From Octopus vulgaris (lineage: Eukaryota): DNA of 64,000 bases. Of this stretch, positions 43,272 to 57,964 are shown piece after piece. The stretch lies in contig OX597822.1 in assembly GCA_951406725.2 (NCBI GenBank), positions 2,542,001 to 2,606,000 on the forward strand. The letters are read 5' to 3'. Position numbers and translations under genes: made by a program. Position 1 is the first letter of the stretch, and every line of letters begins with the position of its first letter. The notes under the pieces are model-generated. The model made no database searches and was not told the origin of the DNA. It worked only from the letters and a program-made list of their open reading frames with translations.

Positions 43272-43409
43272 ATATATGTATGTGTGTGTGTATATATATA
43301 AACAGAAAGAGAGAGAGATAAAAAGGTGGTTAGATTGATAAAAATTTATTCATATGTATATTAACTTATATCTTTCTATGTATATATATCTATATCTGTG
43401 TGTTTGTGT

Positions 43410-43508
<99 letters not shown>

Positions 43509-43509
43509 T

Positions 43510-43564
<55 letters not shown>

Positions 43565-43817
43565 TGTTGTATTTGAGTGCCTATAAGATGCACTTTTATT
43601 AGAAAATGTCTCAGAAAATTACCCCAGGTACTCTATGCGATGTTAAGTCTCCCATATGATTTAATGCACCGAAAACATCTATCCCTCTCCGTATGTGCTA
43701 CTGAAGTGGGGTGTATCTAATACCCTTGTGCGTATTTTACGCCAACAAATTTCATATATGTATGTGGTGTGTGTGTTTGTATGTTTGTGTGTGTGTCTGT
43801 GTGTGTGTGTGTTTGTA

Positions 43818-43855
<38 letters not shown>

Positions 43856-43942
43856 TGTATGTGTGTGTGTGTGGGTGGGTGGGCGTACGTGTAGTTGAGT
43901 GTGACTGTGCGTGCGTGCGTGTTTACATATGCATATATTTAT

Positions 43943-44158
43943 TTACTCAATTACTTGCTTCAGTCGTTTGACTACGGCCATGCAGGATCAACGACTTAAA
44001 GGGTTTTTAATCAAGGAAATCGGCCCCAGGACCTATTCTTTCTAAGCCTAATACTTTTTGTATCGAATGTTTTTTGCCGAAGCGCTAAGTTACAGGAGCG
44101 TAAACTCACCAGCATCAGTTGACGAGCGATGGTGAGGAGACCAACACAGACACAAAAG

Positions 44159-44249
<91 letters not shown>

Positions 44250-44451
44250 ATCTCTTGAGCACCACCAGCAAAAAAAATTTTTTTCCTCTGTCTTCCCTTC
44301 TCGGGAATCTTTCCTTCTCCTTTGTTTCCGACGAAGAGCTCCGCTCGAAACGTTAAACCCTCCTTCCCTTCTTTCCTGAGCGTCTAATAATACTTTAATT
44401 GTTCCACGTCCTCGCGTTGCTGTGTTTTTTTCTGTGTTTTCTTGTTTGGAT

Positions 44452-44507
<56 letters not shown>

Positions 44508-44643
44508 CAATCATGACGAGCTTCTTTCAGTTTCTGTCTACCAAATCCACACATGAATCTCCAGTAGGTCCGAGGTTATGGTAGAAGACACTTGCCCAAG
44601 ATGCCACGCAGAGGGACTGAACCCAGAACAATGTGGTTGGGAA
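43943..44643 (-). mobile_element. SINE family 1 split by an H-A insert in its internal microsatellite
   Basis: 3' half at 43943-44165, 5' half at 44514-44643. Confidence 0.75.
44324..44358 (+). ncRNA. Minimal hammerhead motif (family H-A, CCGACGA core)
   Basis: GTTT-CCGACGA-a-GAGC(tcc)GCTC-GAAAC-GTT-AAAC. Confidence 0.65.
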
Positions 44644-44857
44644 CATTGTATCAGGAGACAATACACAAGGCTACAAACAACTAGTATTTTTCGACCACTG
44701 TCTTTAACACGCACACACACTCACACACACATATATTTAAATGCTTGTGTATGCATCTATACACATTTTCAAACTCTATTTTTAGCGATGTACTCTACTC
44801 AGGAGCGATAGATCATTGATCTATCACAATTAATATTTGTCAGAGAATCCCGAAATA

Positions 44858-45423
44858 TTAGGTTGTCCGTAAAATTCGTCCCGCTTGATAGTAGCTTAAC
44901 TTTCGACTTATTTTAGATACTGGTTGAGTCCATAAAATAGGATTTGACTAAACCTCCATTTTGAGCACAGTTTAAGCTATCTTTTCGTGGAAGAAGGTTT
45001 CTGTCCTATAACCTGTGTTAATTCTGTAACCCTTTAAGATGGAAGATGAGAAAGTTCATTTTCGGCACTTGATGCTTTGGGAACTAGACAAAAATTGCTG
45101 CAGCTCGGCTGGGATGTGTTACCCCCACCCTCCCTATTCCCCAGATATTGCTCCTTCGGATTTCCACTTATTCAGGTCTCTGAAGAAAAGTCTTAATGGT
45201 AAAAATTTCAATTCCTTAGATGACGTAAAAAGTAACCTTGATGAATTATTTGCCATGAAACCATCTCAATTCTAGGAAGAGGGTATTTTCAAGGTAAAGG
45301 TAAGATGGAGATGCATTGTGCGTCAAAATGGTTCTTATTTGGTTGATTAAAAATATAATGCCAAGTATTTATTGAGCTTTTTCTTTCCTTTAAAAATCGG
45401 CACGAACTTTCCGGACAAACCAA
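44858..45423 (+). mobile_element. Internally deleted mariner
   Basis: TIRs ta|ttaggttgtccgtaaaattcgt and acgaactttccggacaaaccaa|ta. The ORF fuses MEDEKVHFRHLMLWE to HPPYSPDIAPSDFHLFRSL. Confidence 0.9.
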
Positions 45424-45436
45424 TATTATCCAGTGC

Positions 45437-45922
45437 AAAGCGGCGAGCTGGCAGAATTGTTAGCATGCCGGCCGAAATGCTTAGCGATATTTCGTCTGCC
45501 GCTACTTTCTGATTTCAAATTCCGCCGAGATCGACATTGCCTTTCATCCTTTCGGGGTAGATTAAATAAGTACCAGTGACGCAATGGAGTCGATATAACC
45601 GACTTAATCCCTTTGTCTGTCCTTGTTTGTCCTCTCTGTGTTTAGCCCCTTGTGGGTAGTAAAGAAATAGGTATTTCGTCTGCCACTACGTTCTGAGTTC
45701 AAATTCCGCCGAGGTCGACTTTGCCTTTCATACTTTCGGAGTCGATTAAATAAGTACCAGTTGCGCACTGGGGTCGATGTAATCGATTTAATCCGTTTTT
45801 CTATCCTTGGTTGTCCTCTCTGTGTTTAGCCCCCTTGTTGGTAGTAAAGAAATATGTATTTCACCCGTCGCCGAAGTCGACATTGCCTTTCATCCTTTCG
45901 GGTTCGGTAAAATAAGTACCAG
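45437..45922 (+). mobile_element. Family 2 SINE with tandemly reiterated body (about 2.4 units)
   Basis: gcctttcat(c/a)ctttcgg...aagtaccag recurs at about 45539, 45723 and 45885. Confidence 0.85.
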
Positions 45923-46539
45923 TAAAAATCGGCACGAACATTCCGGACAACCCAATATCTACTTACTTCTGACAACTAGACTATAAAGGACAGACTATAT
46001 ACGACATTGTTCCGCCCGCATTTGCAATTGTGTTTGAAACCTTGATCTATATATGTCTTTACTTTTTAGTCGTATGCACTCGGCAACAAGAACAGCATCG
46101 AAATATTAATGCGATAAGTATTCTAAAATAATATTATGCATGAGAATTTTTCAAACTTATTGCCCAAATGAAGATAAATTAATCAACGCAAATGAAACGA
46201 TGGTTAATTAGCAGTGGCTAATCTATTTATACCTAATGAGTTGTGCATGTTTGTCAATTTATTCTGTATGTTAGATAATTGCATTATTTTGCACAAGTCG
46301 AAGGAACGCTGTTGCATAATGAACACCACATCACTCACACAACACACGCAGACGAATACAGAAATATATACACACACACACACGCACACACATATTTATA
46401 AGTATATGTGTAATGTATGCGTGTATAATCGTATATATCATATGTATATATATATATATATATATATATCATACACAAATTAATAAAGATAACATACATT
46501 ACGTAACTGTACGTTTGTCCTTGTATTTATATACATACA

Positions 46540-46575
<36 letters not shown>

Positions 46576-46622
46576 CTTCTACATATACGTACGAAGTATG
46601 TAAGCATTTATGCTTGTGAGCG

Positions 46623-46709
<87 letters not shown>

Positions 46710-46722
46710 GGGAGTATATATA

Positions 46723-46771
<49 letters not shown>

Positions 46772-47011
46772 TGACAAATGTGTATATTTATGCATGCATA
46801 CATATGTATCATATATATGTGTGTGTGTATGTGTGACATAGATACACGTATGCATGCGACTGTTTTGTCTATATTATGTATGTATGATAAATTCCAGCGA
46901 AAATGTATATAAACTACAAATTAGACTCTTGCAATAAAACATATATAGCCTTATGCGTACACACACACATGGACAGATGTACACATATACCCACACGTGC
47001 ACACTCCCACG

Positions 47012-47101
47012 CATACATACATATATACACACATACATACATACATACATACATATATACACACATACATACATATATACATACATACATATATACATAC
47101 A

Positions 47102-47135
<34 letters not shown>

Positions 47136-47148
47136 CATACATACATAT

Positions 47149-47211
<63 letters not shown>

Positions 47212-47366
47212 CACACATACATACATATATACATACATACATATATACATACATACATACATACACACATACATATATACATACATACATATATACATAC
47301 ACACATACATACATACATACATACATACACACATACATATATACATACATACATACATACATACAC

Positions 47367-47399
<33 letters not shown>

Positions 47400-47477
47400 C
47401 ATACATACATACATACATACATACACACATACATACATACATATATACATACATACATATATACATACATACATATA

Positions 47478-47511
<34 letters not shown>

Positions 47512-47862
47512 CATACACACATACATATATACATACATACATATATACATACACACATACATACATACATACATACATACACACATACATATATACACAC
47601 ATACATACATACATACACACATACATACATACATACATACACACATACATACATACATACATACACACATACATACATACATACATATATACATACATAC
47701 ACACATACATACATACATACATACACACATACATACATACATACATACACACATACATACATACATACACACATACATACATACATACACACATACATAC
47801 ATACATACATACATACATACATACATACATACATACATACATACACACATACATACATACAT
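47012..47862. repeat. 850-bp degenerate (TACA)n array
   Basis: Directly visible. Source of the 300-359 aa spurious ORFs. Confidence 0.97.
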
Positions 47863-48353
47863 AAGTACGTACATAGTGGTGACCAAAACAACAAAAACGG
47901 AAATGAGACGGTCGTCTGAAATATATTTTTCTACTAATCAAAACAATAAAGAAAAAGACAAAATCAATGAAAACAGACTAATAAACGACTGCGATAACAT
48001 TTCCAAGAAAAAAATCTACATTCTCAAGTTAAGCTGTTTACGTTTAAGAGAGAAGCCCAAAACTACTTCACGTTAGCGTTTTAATATCCGGTTGTGCTTT
48101 TCTCAAGCTCTGTTTTGTCACCATCTCAGTACGTCATTATTGGTGGAATATGATCCTTACACCGTTGCACCGTGTATGTGTGTGGGTGTGTGTACATATG
48201 TACATATATATATATATTTATATATATATATATATATATACATATATGTTTGCATAAATGTATATTTATTCCTATATACATATATATAAGCATAACTATG
48301 TATGTATGTAAATATATGTTTGTATGTATGCATCTAACTATCTGTCTTTCTCT

Positions 48354-48429
<76 letters not shown>

Positions 48430-49149
48430 ATGCATATATATGTATACATGCATACATACATACACTGTATGTTTGCATGTATGTATATATTTATGTATGT
48501 ATATAACTATCTATTTGTCTGTCTGTCTCTCAATATATGTATATAAATATTTATATATTTGATATATATATATGTGTGTATATGTGTGTGCGTGTGTATA
48601 TATATATATATGCATATATATGTATTCATACATACACACACACACACATATTCATTATATAAGTGTTTTAGTCTGCTGGACTATTTAGCATTAACGGATG
48701 TACTAGGGTCACGTCTCGGGGAAATACTTTATATTTGTCTGTCCGTGTGTATGCACGCGCTTGTGTGTGTGATAGGTTTCATTGTCTACGCTCTTATGTT
48801 GTTACCTTGTCTTTTTGAGGCACATCCTGCTGATGCGATATCAGTCGTTGATGCAATTGGTCCGATTGATAGCTAAACAAAAATATATTATTTTGTTTCT
48901 GTTTTGTGTTTGAAGTTATTTCTCGCTAATGAGGTCTGAACGCATCCGAAATATGCCAAGGTGTCTCCTCCATCTGCCTGCTGAGAAATAAAAAATGAAA
49001 AGCTAATGTTATCATTCATTAATATATCATAACTATCGGTTTATAAGTCAATGACTTTTGTGTTAATTATAACCGCTGTATTAGTTACAATCGGACATTC
49101 GTTTCTTGCCTTTGTGTTTAAATTCTTTAGTTTAGGATTCTGAGGTTAC

Positions 49150-49852
49150 CTGTATCATGATCCATCCAAGCCGAGGTTCAAAAAGCCGACATCATGACTA
49201 CTGCACAATGATCTGTGAAACTTGGAAAGGCTGTACGCTGCAACCTGACACCATGGAAACCAAGTTCCCCCAAACTGCGATGGTCCTTGAGTGTGTTTCC
49301 GGTGACGGTGCTGCCATGCCCCCCTGCCACATCATTGAACAGGGCCTTAGGCTTAATTCAGATGACTATCTAAAACTGCTGGAGACTGGTCAATTCACGA
49401 CTGGAGAAGGTTTGTACTGGATGGCATTACGCGTGTTAGCAAGATCCGGTTCCGTGCCACAACTCCGGACAGATTCAGAAGTGGTTTTCGGAGAATTTCT
49501 ACTTCACTAGTCCAAATTTTTGACCTCCTAATTTCCCCAAATGTAACATCATATATTATTATTTGTTAGAATGCAGTTGAGAAAGACATCAACCGCTCTG
49601 TCTGCAAAACCAAGACTGGGGTAGTGGCTAATCTCAATAGAGTATTAGGGGATCTTCCTTGGGACACATGTGTGCTAGGACACGCGTGTGCTAGGTTCCG
49701 GAGCCGTCTTGAGTTCGTGATGGAAGACGAAGGCAGCTACTTTGGGTAAACTGTTACCTCCCAGCCACAATCTAGTTGATATTTTGGGGATTTAAAAAAA
49801 AAAATTTATGCTTAGATTCCTGTTATGCAAACTGTCAAATTTAGCCCGAACA

Positions 49853-49858
<6 letters not shown>
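49150..49858 (+). mobile_element. Decayed Tc1/mariner-superfamily element (maT/DD37D-like), 3' part
   Basis: METKFPQTAMVLECVSGDGAAMPP.HIIEQGLRLNSDDY, followed by QDSVPCH and *PPNFPKCN remnants, ending EGSYFG*. Confidence 0.75.
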
Positions 49859-49900
<42 letters not shown>

Positions 49901-50013
49901 TGTCAACAGATGAGATCCAGAGATTCTCAGTATAGAAGACACTGAGTTATAATTTCCTCTCCTTAAATTTTCTTTGTCATTTGTACTCCGTGTCAGTTTG
50001 CTCTATTAATATA

Positions 50014-50055
<42 letters not shown>

Positions 50056-50058
<3 letters not shown>

Positions 50059-51762
50059 GTACATATATGTTTATATATATATGCATATATTTTATTAACA
50101 TATTATACGACTAAACGCACGCACCCTATTAAGTAAGATTGTTCTGTTTATCAAGTTCGCCTTGATATTAACTCTCACGCGACTCTGCATCTTTCTTTCT
50201 TTCTCTCCCATTCCCTTTTTCGTCTTTTTTCCCTCACTTAACTTGTCTCTTCCTCTCTCTCTCCCCCTCACTGTTCTTCATGGTCTCCTCGCACCATTCC
50301 CCTTCTTCTCTCTCTTCCTCTTGCTCCTCCTCACCCATTCCTGTCGTCCATCTGCGACGTACTTCCGTCGTAACTGCTTTCCCGTCCTTTCTCGCCTGCC
50401 TTCTAAGGCCACTGGTCGACATCTTCCTCTCTCGTCGTCCACTATAATCCAGCGTTTGCAATACTTTTTTCGTCTGGCGTTAACAGCCCTTCTTATCTTG
50501 TTCTCCTTGTCCTGTCTCTCACTGTTATATATTTATTTTTCCACTGTTTATATATATATTTTTTACTGTTTATATGTTTGTACTGTCGTTACCGTCTTGC
50601 TTTTTTTACCCCTCTGCGACAAGATCTCAGAATTTTAATTGATTTGCTTTTCGCGGGAAGGAATTTTTCATTCGAAGTATACGTCTCGCTTTTATCCTTC
50701 GAAACGTTTAGTAGATGAAACTTTAGCGACTGAAGAAGGGGATTTTTCGTTGTGCTTATTGTCCTGTATCTCCTTTTTTTGCTTGTCTTGTTCCTTGGTT
50801 TGTGTCTATGTTTTTCGTCTCTCTATGTGTTCGACGTCCTTTTGGTGTCCTGTACACATATATGCGTGTATATGTACATGTAGAGGTAGGTACGTACATA
50901 TATGTTTATATATATGCATATATTTTATTAACATATTATACGACTAAATGCACGCACCCTATTAAGTAAGATTGTTCTGTTTATCAAGTTCGCCTTGATA
51001 TTAACTATCACGCGACTCTGCATCTTTCTTTCTTTCTCTCCCATTCCCTTTTTCGTCTTTTTTCCCTCACTTAACTTGTCTCTTCCTCTCTCTCTCCCCC
51101 TCACTGTTCTTCATGGTCTCCTCGCACCATTCCCCTTCTTCTCTCTCTTCCACTTGCTCCTCCTCCCCCATTCCCGTCGTCCATCTGCGACGTACTTCCG
51201 TCGTAACTGCTTTCCCGTCCTTTCTCGCCTGCCTTCTAAGGCCACTGGTCGACATCTTCCTCTCTCGTCGTCCACTATAATCCAGCGTTTGGAATACTTT
51301 TTTCGTCTGGCGTTAACAGCCCTTCTTATCTTGTTCTCCTTGTCCTGTCTCTCACTGTTATATATTTATTTTTCCACTGTTTATATATATATTTTTTACT
51401 GTTTATATGTTTGTACTGTCGTTACCGTCTTGCTTTTTTTACCCCTCTGCGACAAGATCTCAGAAGTTTAATTGATTTGCTTTTCGCGGGAAGGAATTTT
51501 TCATTCGAAGTATACGTCTCGCTTTTATCCTTCGAAACGTTTAGTAGATGAAACTTTAGCGACTGAAGAAGGGGATTTTTCGTTGTGCTTATTGTCCTGT
51601 ATCTCCTTTTTTTGCTTGTCTTGTTCCTTGGTTTGTGTCTATGTTTTTCGTCTCTCTATGTGTTCGACGTCCTTTTGGTGTCCTGTACACATATATGCGT
51701 GTATATGTACATGTAGAGGTAGGTACGTACATATATGTTTATATATATGCATATATTTTATT

Positions 51763-51768
<6 letters not shown>
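50056..51768 (+). repeat. Head-to-tail dimer of an 833-bp unit (family R833), flanked by (TA)n
   Basis: ORFs at 50162 and 50995 are offset by 833 and nearly identical. Confidence 0.95.
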
Positions 51769-51817
<49 letters not shown>

Positions 51818-51818
51818 T

Positions 51819-51867
<49 letters not shown>

Positions 51868-52309
51868 TATACTTAAATATTCATCGTCTGAAAATCTTCG
51901 GTCTTTGCCTTCTTTCATTTTGCATGTATACATATATACATATTTTGTATATCAAACCCAACCTTTTACATTTAATTTATTTAATCGCATAAATGCCCCT
52001 CTCTCTATGAATAAATATATAAACACATATATAGTAGAAATATGTTACGAAAAGAAAATATAAAATACACGTGTAAATGTAAGAGTAAAATATGAAAAAT
52101 CAAGGAAAATGCATATTGCAAATAGAAAAAGGCTATTTATGACAGGTAGCGACAACTATATACATTTAGATTGACTGAGGTAGTAATACGAGTCATAAAG
52201 GTCATTATTATGAGATAATTATAAGATGATAATAAAGTAAGAGAACAAAACGAAACAAATGTTTACGCGAAGGCTATATATATACATACATACATATATA
52301 CATACATTC

Positions 52310-52372
<63 letters not shown>

Positions 52373-52374
<2 letters not shown>

Positions 52375-52900
52375 GGGGTACTAAATAAGCACCTGTTTTG
52401 CTAAATTTAGGAGTCAAAACATTCCTAAGTCACAGAAGAATCACTAAATAAAAACAGGCATGATAGGAAAAAAAATTAAGCGAATGAGAATTGCGTCTTA
52501 TCTCCGCAAAGGTTGCAGAAGGAATGCCAGTTAATCAGATAACAGGATTTCGAATTTAGCGCCAAAGTCACTCAATTCATCTCTGCCAGATCTACTAGTA
52601 ACAATTACTCACATTCGCTACATTCATGCCTACGTTCGTGTGATTGCCCAAGCATCATTGAAGCAAGCGGACTATGTGAAATTATTTATAAATATAAAAG
52701 AGCATTGTCGCCTTAAGCATAAAAACCGAATAGACAAAATTCATAAATATATATGAAATAAAGAAATATATTTAAATATAGTATGGCACTCAGTATATAT
52801 ATTAGGGTACTCAATAAGAACCTGCTTTGCTAAAAATAAGAGTCAAAACACTCCGAAGCCACCAGAGTAATCACTGAATAAATACAGGAATGGTGCTAAG
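52373..52900. repeat. Diverged direct repeats of about 95 bp (52373-52470 and 52802-52895)
   Basis: gggtact(a/c)aataag(c/a)acctg(t/c)tttgctaaa...gagtcaaaaca...aatcact(a/g)aataaa(a/t)acagg. Confidence 0.75.
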
Positions 52901-52924
52901 GCATTCAAAAGAACACAATCATGA

Positions 52925-53106
52925 TACAGTTCTATATTTAAGAGATGAGGAATTATGTAAATTATTTACGTTATTTATATTTGACGGATATTTGTCCTCA
53001 TCTTGTTTGTTGTTAACACAACGTTTCGGCTGATATACCCTCCAGCCTCCATCGGGTGTCTTGGACAAATTTTGAACCCGGGTTCTCATTCCTAAGAGAT
53101 TTTTTA

Positions 53107-53110
<4 letters not shown>
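52925..53110 (-). mobile_element. Penelope-like terminal repeat (same family as 6622-7203) with degenerate hammerhead at 53015-53060
   Basis: Reverse complement: GACAC-CCGATGG-a-GGCTG(gagggtatat)CAGCC-GAAAC-GTT-GTGTT. Confidence 0.8.
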
Positions 53111-53141
<31 letters not shown>

Positions 53142-53157
53142 TTGTTGTTATTATTAC

Positions 53158-53188
<31 letters not shown>

Positions 53189-53207
53189 TTAATTATTATT
53201 ATTATTA

Positions 53208-53241
<34 letters not shown>

Positions 53242-53262
53242 GTATGTATGTATGTATGTATG

Positions 53263-53304
<42 letters not shown>

Positions 53305-53328
53305 TAGATAGATAGATAGATAGATAGG

Positions 53329-53402
<74 letters not shown>

Positions 53403-53409
53403 GGGATAA

Positions 53410-53485
<76 letters not shown>

Positions 53486-53664
53486 ATTTAATTAGAGGAT
53501 ATGCTAACCTCATGAAGTGATGGTTTCATCCACGGAAATACTGGTTAAATAACATGTATTTTTGAAGAATGAAATTCCTTAAAATAACAAATATATATAA
53601 AGCATATAGCTTATATCCGTTTAAAAGGCAAAAATGGAGATTAGGAAGTTAATGATTGTTTATT

Positions 53665-53917
53665 ATTAACAACAAATTGGTCATCTTCGCTTCTTACAGC
53701 TGTTTCAATTAATAAAGTCTGATAAAATGACTTGATAAGCCAACATACAAAATGAATTAATAGATGCACATATAACGTCCAAAGCTACATTTTTTTCCTC
53801 TGGTGAAATTATACTCATGTCACATAAATGTAAATTTAATGTACAAATTTGTAATTAAATTATTGAGTATTAATTGAAACAGCTGAAAGGAGCGAAGATG
53901 ACCAACTTGATGTTAAC
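53665..53917. repeat. Inverted repeat (53665-53716 / 53868-53917) with degenerate long-stem hammerhead at 53797-53890 (+)
   Basis: CCT-CTGGTGA-AATTATACTCA...TGAGTATTAATT-GAAAC-AGCT-GAA-AGG. The inverted copy retains GAAAC-AGCT-GTA. Confidence 0.65.
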
Positions 53918-53933
53918 ATTTTCTTTTCTTCTG

Positions 53934-54048
<115 letters not shown>

Positions 54049-55399
54049 GTATTTGTGTGTGTGTGTTTGTCCACAACATGTGGTTGTGTGTTTATGCCCT
54101 CGTGGCTTACCGGTTCCGCAAAAAACTAGAACTGGAATCGATTCATTCAAATAAAGTTCTACAAGGCGGTGCCCCAGCATGACCGCAGTCCAAGTGAACG
54201 GTAACCCTTGAAAAATAAAAAAAAAACAACAATTGGGCGCATGTGAGATTGGAACCCAGAACATAAGGAATCAGAATGAAGAATAACCAGGAAGTATGTT
54301 CGAGACAACAACTCCGTCAATTCCCGGACTCCGATAATTTACTGCTAGACTTGGTATTAATAACATTAACGTGACGGCCAATTTGTATGTACTTTACTGA
54401 AACAAGGTAACAAAGACAGCAACAAAAGCAATGATAACAACAACAACAACAACAACAACAACACAGAACCTTACATATATACTGAAATGCTGACATACAT
54501 ATATATATATATATACATATATAGAGATGTATCGCTATAGACTACACAATTACAACAAAAAGGTCGAATTCACGTAAACCTAGAGGCTTAACCGATCTCT
54601 GCATTTCTTTCCTTTTATGTATTCTGTTTGTTTTTTTTTGTTCGAAACTCATTCATTTTCAGATTAACAACCATTATCGTCCTTCTCTTCTTTTCTTTTT
54701 TACTTGTGCTTTACTTGGTTTTTGTCTGCTTTTTATTTGATAGTTACTTGTTTGTCATGTTTTAGTAATTTATTTTCTCTGTATATATATATGTATATAT
54801 ATATATATTTTATATTTGCGTTCCCCTTCAGTAAACACATCATCTCGTTATATGAAGTAAAAGCTAGACTCCGTGACATCACTGTAGTTTCCAATAATAC
54901 GTTTGTTTATAGTAATCGGCATTATCTTATCGCTATTTCATGACCTTTTCTCAGAAATCATTATACGACAACAAACCAAGTAAACAGTTATGACGTAGAA
55001 AGTAAGTTTCGGAACTGCTGCTGGCAAAGCATGGAACTCACATGGTCGTTAAATAGCAACTAGCAACTAGTAACTGTTCAATTCTTTTCAACAGACGCAG
55101 GGCGAAAATCGATGACTAAATATGGCCGACATATCTTGCCAGTCCGAGGCGATGTGTTACTAAGTTAAGACATAGATGGTTAAATATCCTGATAGCAACA
55201 TTGAGCTGGGGTCGCTGATATAACATTCAACTTGCTAATAGTGGAGCTATGTCCTTCCCTTTCAGCTTTTCCCAAGTTGGAACAATAAAGTTGCTGATAT
55301 TCAACAAAATGTAAGTGGAATATTAAAAAAAAAATACCTTTCAGTCTTTATGATTAATTAAATATAACTCATTAAAATACAACTGTTAATGAAATATTG

Positions 55400-55600
55400 A
55401 TTTCAGAGTTTGGCACAAGGATGGCAATTTAAGGGAAGTAGGTAAGTCGATTACATCGACCCCAGTGTTCAACTGGTGCATATTTTATGGATCCCGAAAG
55501 GATGAAAGGCAAAGCCGACCCCGACGGCATTTGAATATAAAGTCGGAAGAAATGCCTCTGCATTTTTCCGGTGCGGTAACGATTCTGCCAACTGGCTGCC
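55400..55600 (-). mobile_element. SINE family 2
   Basis: cccgaaaggatgaaaggcaaagccgac...gattctgcca. Confidence 0.8.
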
Positions 55601-57202
55601 TTAATTGATAATGAAACATCAGTAAATATTTTTATCGTCCTAATAAAAACAATCATGAGTATGAATGGGCTGAATAGTAACGTGTCGATAATTACTGTTA
55701 CTGTTGTAAAACTGAGCTCGAAATATAGTACATTTCGTTCAAATTTCGCAGTAAAAAATATAAATAAACTATAATTTCGATTTTCTTTGCTTGGTTACAA
55801 ACAACAGTTGACCAATTAAATCTAGGATATATTGTTAGATGTACGTGTTTAATTGACGAAAAGTTTGGAGAGAGTTACCCATCTCTAACTGGCCAGCAAA
55901 TTAGACAAAACAGTACTACAATTGCTGCCAGAATATTTGATCCTGGGGGTATCTCCATGAATCACAGCCCGCAATCTCATTCGTCTCTCAAACTGAAGTC
56001 GGTCAATTTGCTCTTTTCGCAAAAGTTCTTTACCAACTTTCTGAAATCTTCCTTCCCTCCTCGTATGTAAGCTGTACCTCCTTTGTATGACTTTAAAATA
56101 CATCCGGTAGTGGACCCCTGGTTCTGGAGTTCCATGGGTGGGTTTTGAGGAATGTGGAATCACTTCTGAGCTTCTATTGTTCCTAGGTCTACTCTAATCC
56201 GGAGTAGTGTCCCCCGTAAAGGCCCCAGTTATGGCTTAATTAACATGTTACAGCCTGCCTACCTATATATAAATATTTATAGACTAAGGAGGTAAAAAGC
56301 ATTCATGCTTCAACGGAGGGGAAAGCGGCTGCAGAAATGCATTGTGGAGTGCAGAGAAACAGATGAAAGAAATAAGACATTTTGGTCTGCTGCATCCGTT
56401 TCCATCTCCAGTCGTCTTACCCGGTTTTCACACTGAATAGTCAGGGACGAGCGAATGCCGTTAATGGTGTGCAATTCTTGTTCAGTTTAAAAGAAACATC
56501 ACTGCGCAAGTCATTAGTCATCTGTAAGAAAGACTATAAGGGCTTCGTCTCTCGACAGACAAACATGCAGACAGTAAGAAAGAATACCCGCAGCCAATTA
56601 TATGAGGGACAGATAAATTTCGTTCAAAATTTGACCTTTTAACCGTACAAAACTCACAGAAGCTCACAAATACAACGCAAAATCTGAAATTACCTCTGGT
56701 CGCTTCTAACGACGAAGGTCAACTGTCCTAACAATCTGCCTTACAGTAGCGTTAAGCAAGGCAATAACACAGCAGAAATGGACTCTATTCTTACCAAACT
56801 TTCGAATCACTTTTTCTCCCTTTTCTCAACCTGTTTTTATTCTGTTCGTCTCTGCATCTGTCTGCTTCTCTGTATACCTAACTGTCAGATTGTCTGCCTA
56901 TCTCTCTTTATTGTTTCCTCCATGTATATATTTTAAATTTTTGAAAAATGGCACCAATCTATTGTTTCCTTTGGGATCTAAGAAGAGTAGATGGCAGAAT
57001 CGCTAGAGCGCCCGAACAATTGTTTTGTGATATTTTTTTATGCTCTCTTTTGAAATTCCTTCTAGAATGACGTAGCGTTTCATTCCTCGTTAGAGCAACG
57101 GAGAAATACTAAGTCAATGACACCTACGAAAGTTCTTCTCAGGTTTACAGACATTGTGTCTAAATTAGAAAACATTATTTCATCTATACATACATACATA
57201 CA

Positions 57203-57284
<82 letters not shown>

Positions 57285-57861
57285 ACTGCGTGGCTTTCGA
57301 ACATATAATAATATAAATAATATATAAATATATACATATATACATACAGATATGTACATACCTACATATATATGTATATATGCACATGCATATATGGGTA
57401 CAGGACTATACCTGTATGTGCATGTATATATATATATATATATATATGTAGGTATGTACGTAAATGTATGTATATATGCATATATTTATATTATATATAT
57501 ATATATATATATAAACGTAAGATTTCTTCTCTGAAGACGGTGTCTCGTATCAACCGACGTTGGGATCAATCTATAGATATTATTTTGTATCACCGAGCCC
57601 CAAGAAAGAGCTGTTGGATTCGTAATACCCCTCTTCAACGCCTTTAATTCTTGATATTTCTATTCTGTGTAATTCGAGCACTTTTGCATGTAAACATATA
57701 TACTTTTTTTGTATTTAATGCATCTAAAATTCGTTGTATATCGACCTGCGTAACTTGCTTATCTTTGCATTCATTCTTATTCCTCTACCCGATCAAGTTT
57801 AAACCGCTTGAACACTACAAAGTGTATTCCATACGGAGAACATCTGATTCTCATCAACGAA

Positions 57862-57924
<63 letters not shown>

Positions 57925-57964
57925 AATATTTTCTGATTTAGACACAATGTCTGTAAACCTGAGA

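Noticed and set aside
46874-48076. 300-359 aa ORFs in several frames, and similar YI/HT/VC/YLSI ORFs throughout
   Set aside because: Stop-free translations of (TACA)n, (TA)n, (CA)n and (TCTA)n microsatellites.
50162-51471. Duplicated hydrophobic 158-aa ORFs resembling membrane proteins
   Set aside because: They arise from CT-rich repeat DNA, have non-ATG starts, and lie in a dispersed repeat.
55885-56163. 92-aa minus-strand ORF, possible retroelement or exon
   Set aside because: No motif I can recognise.
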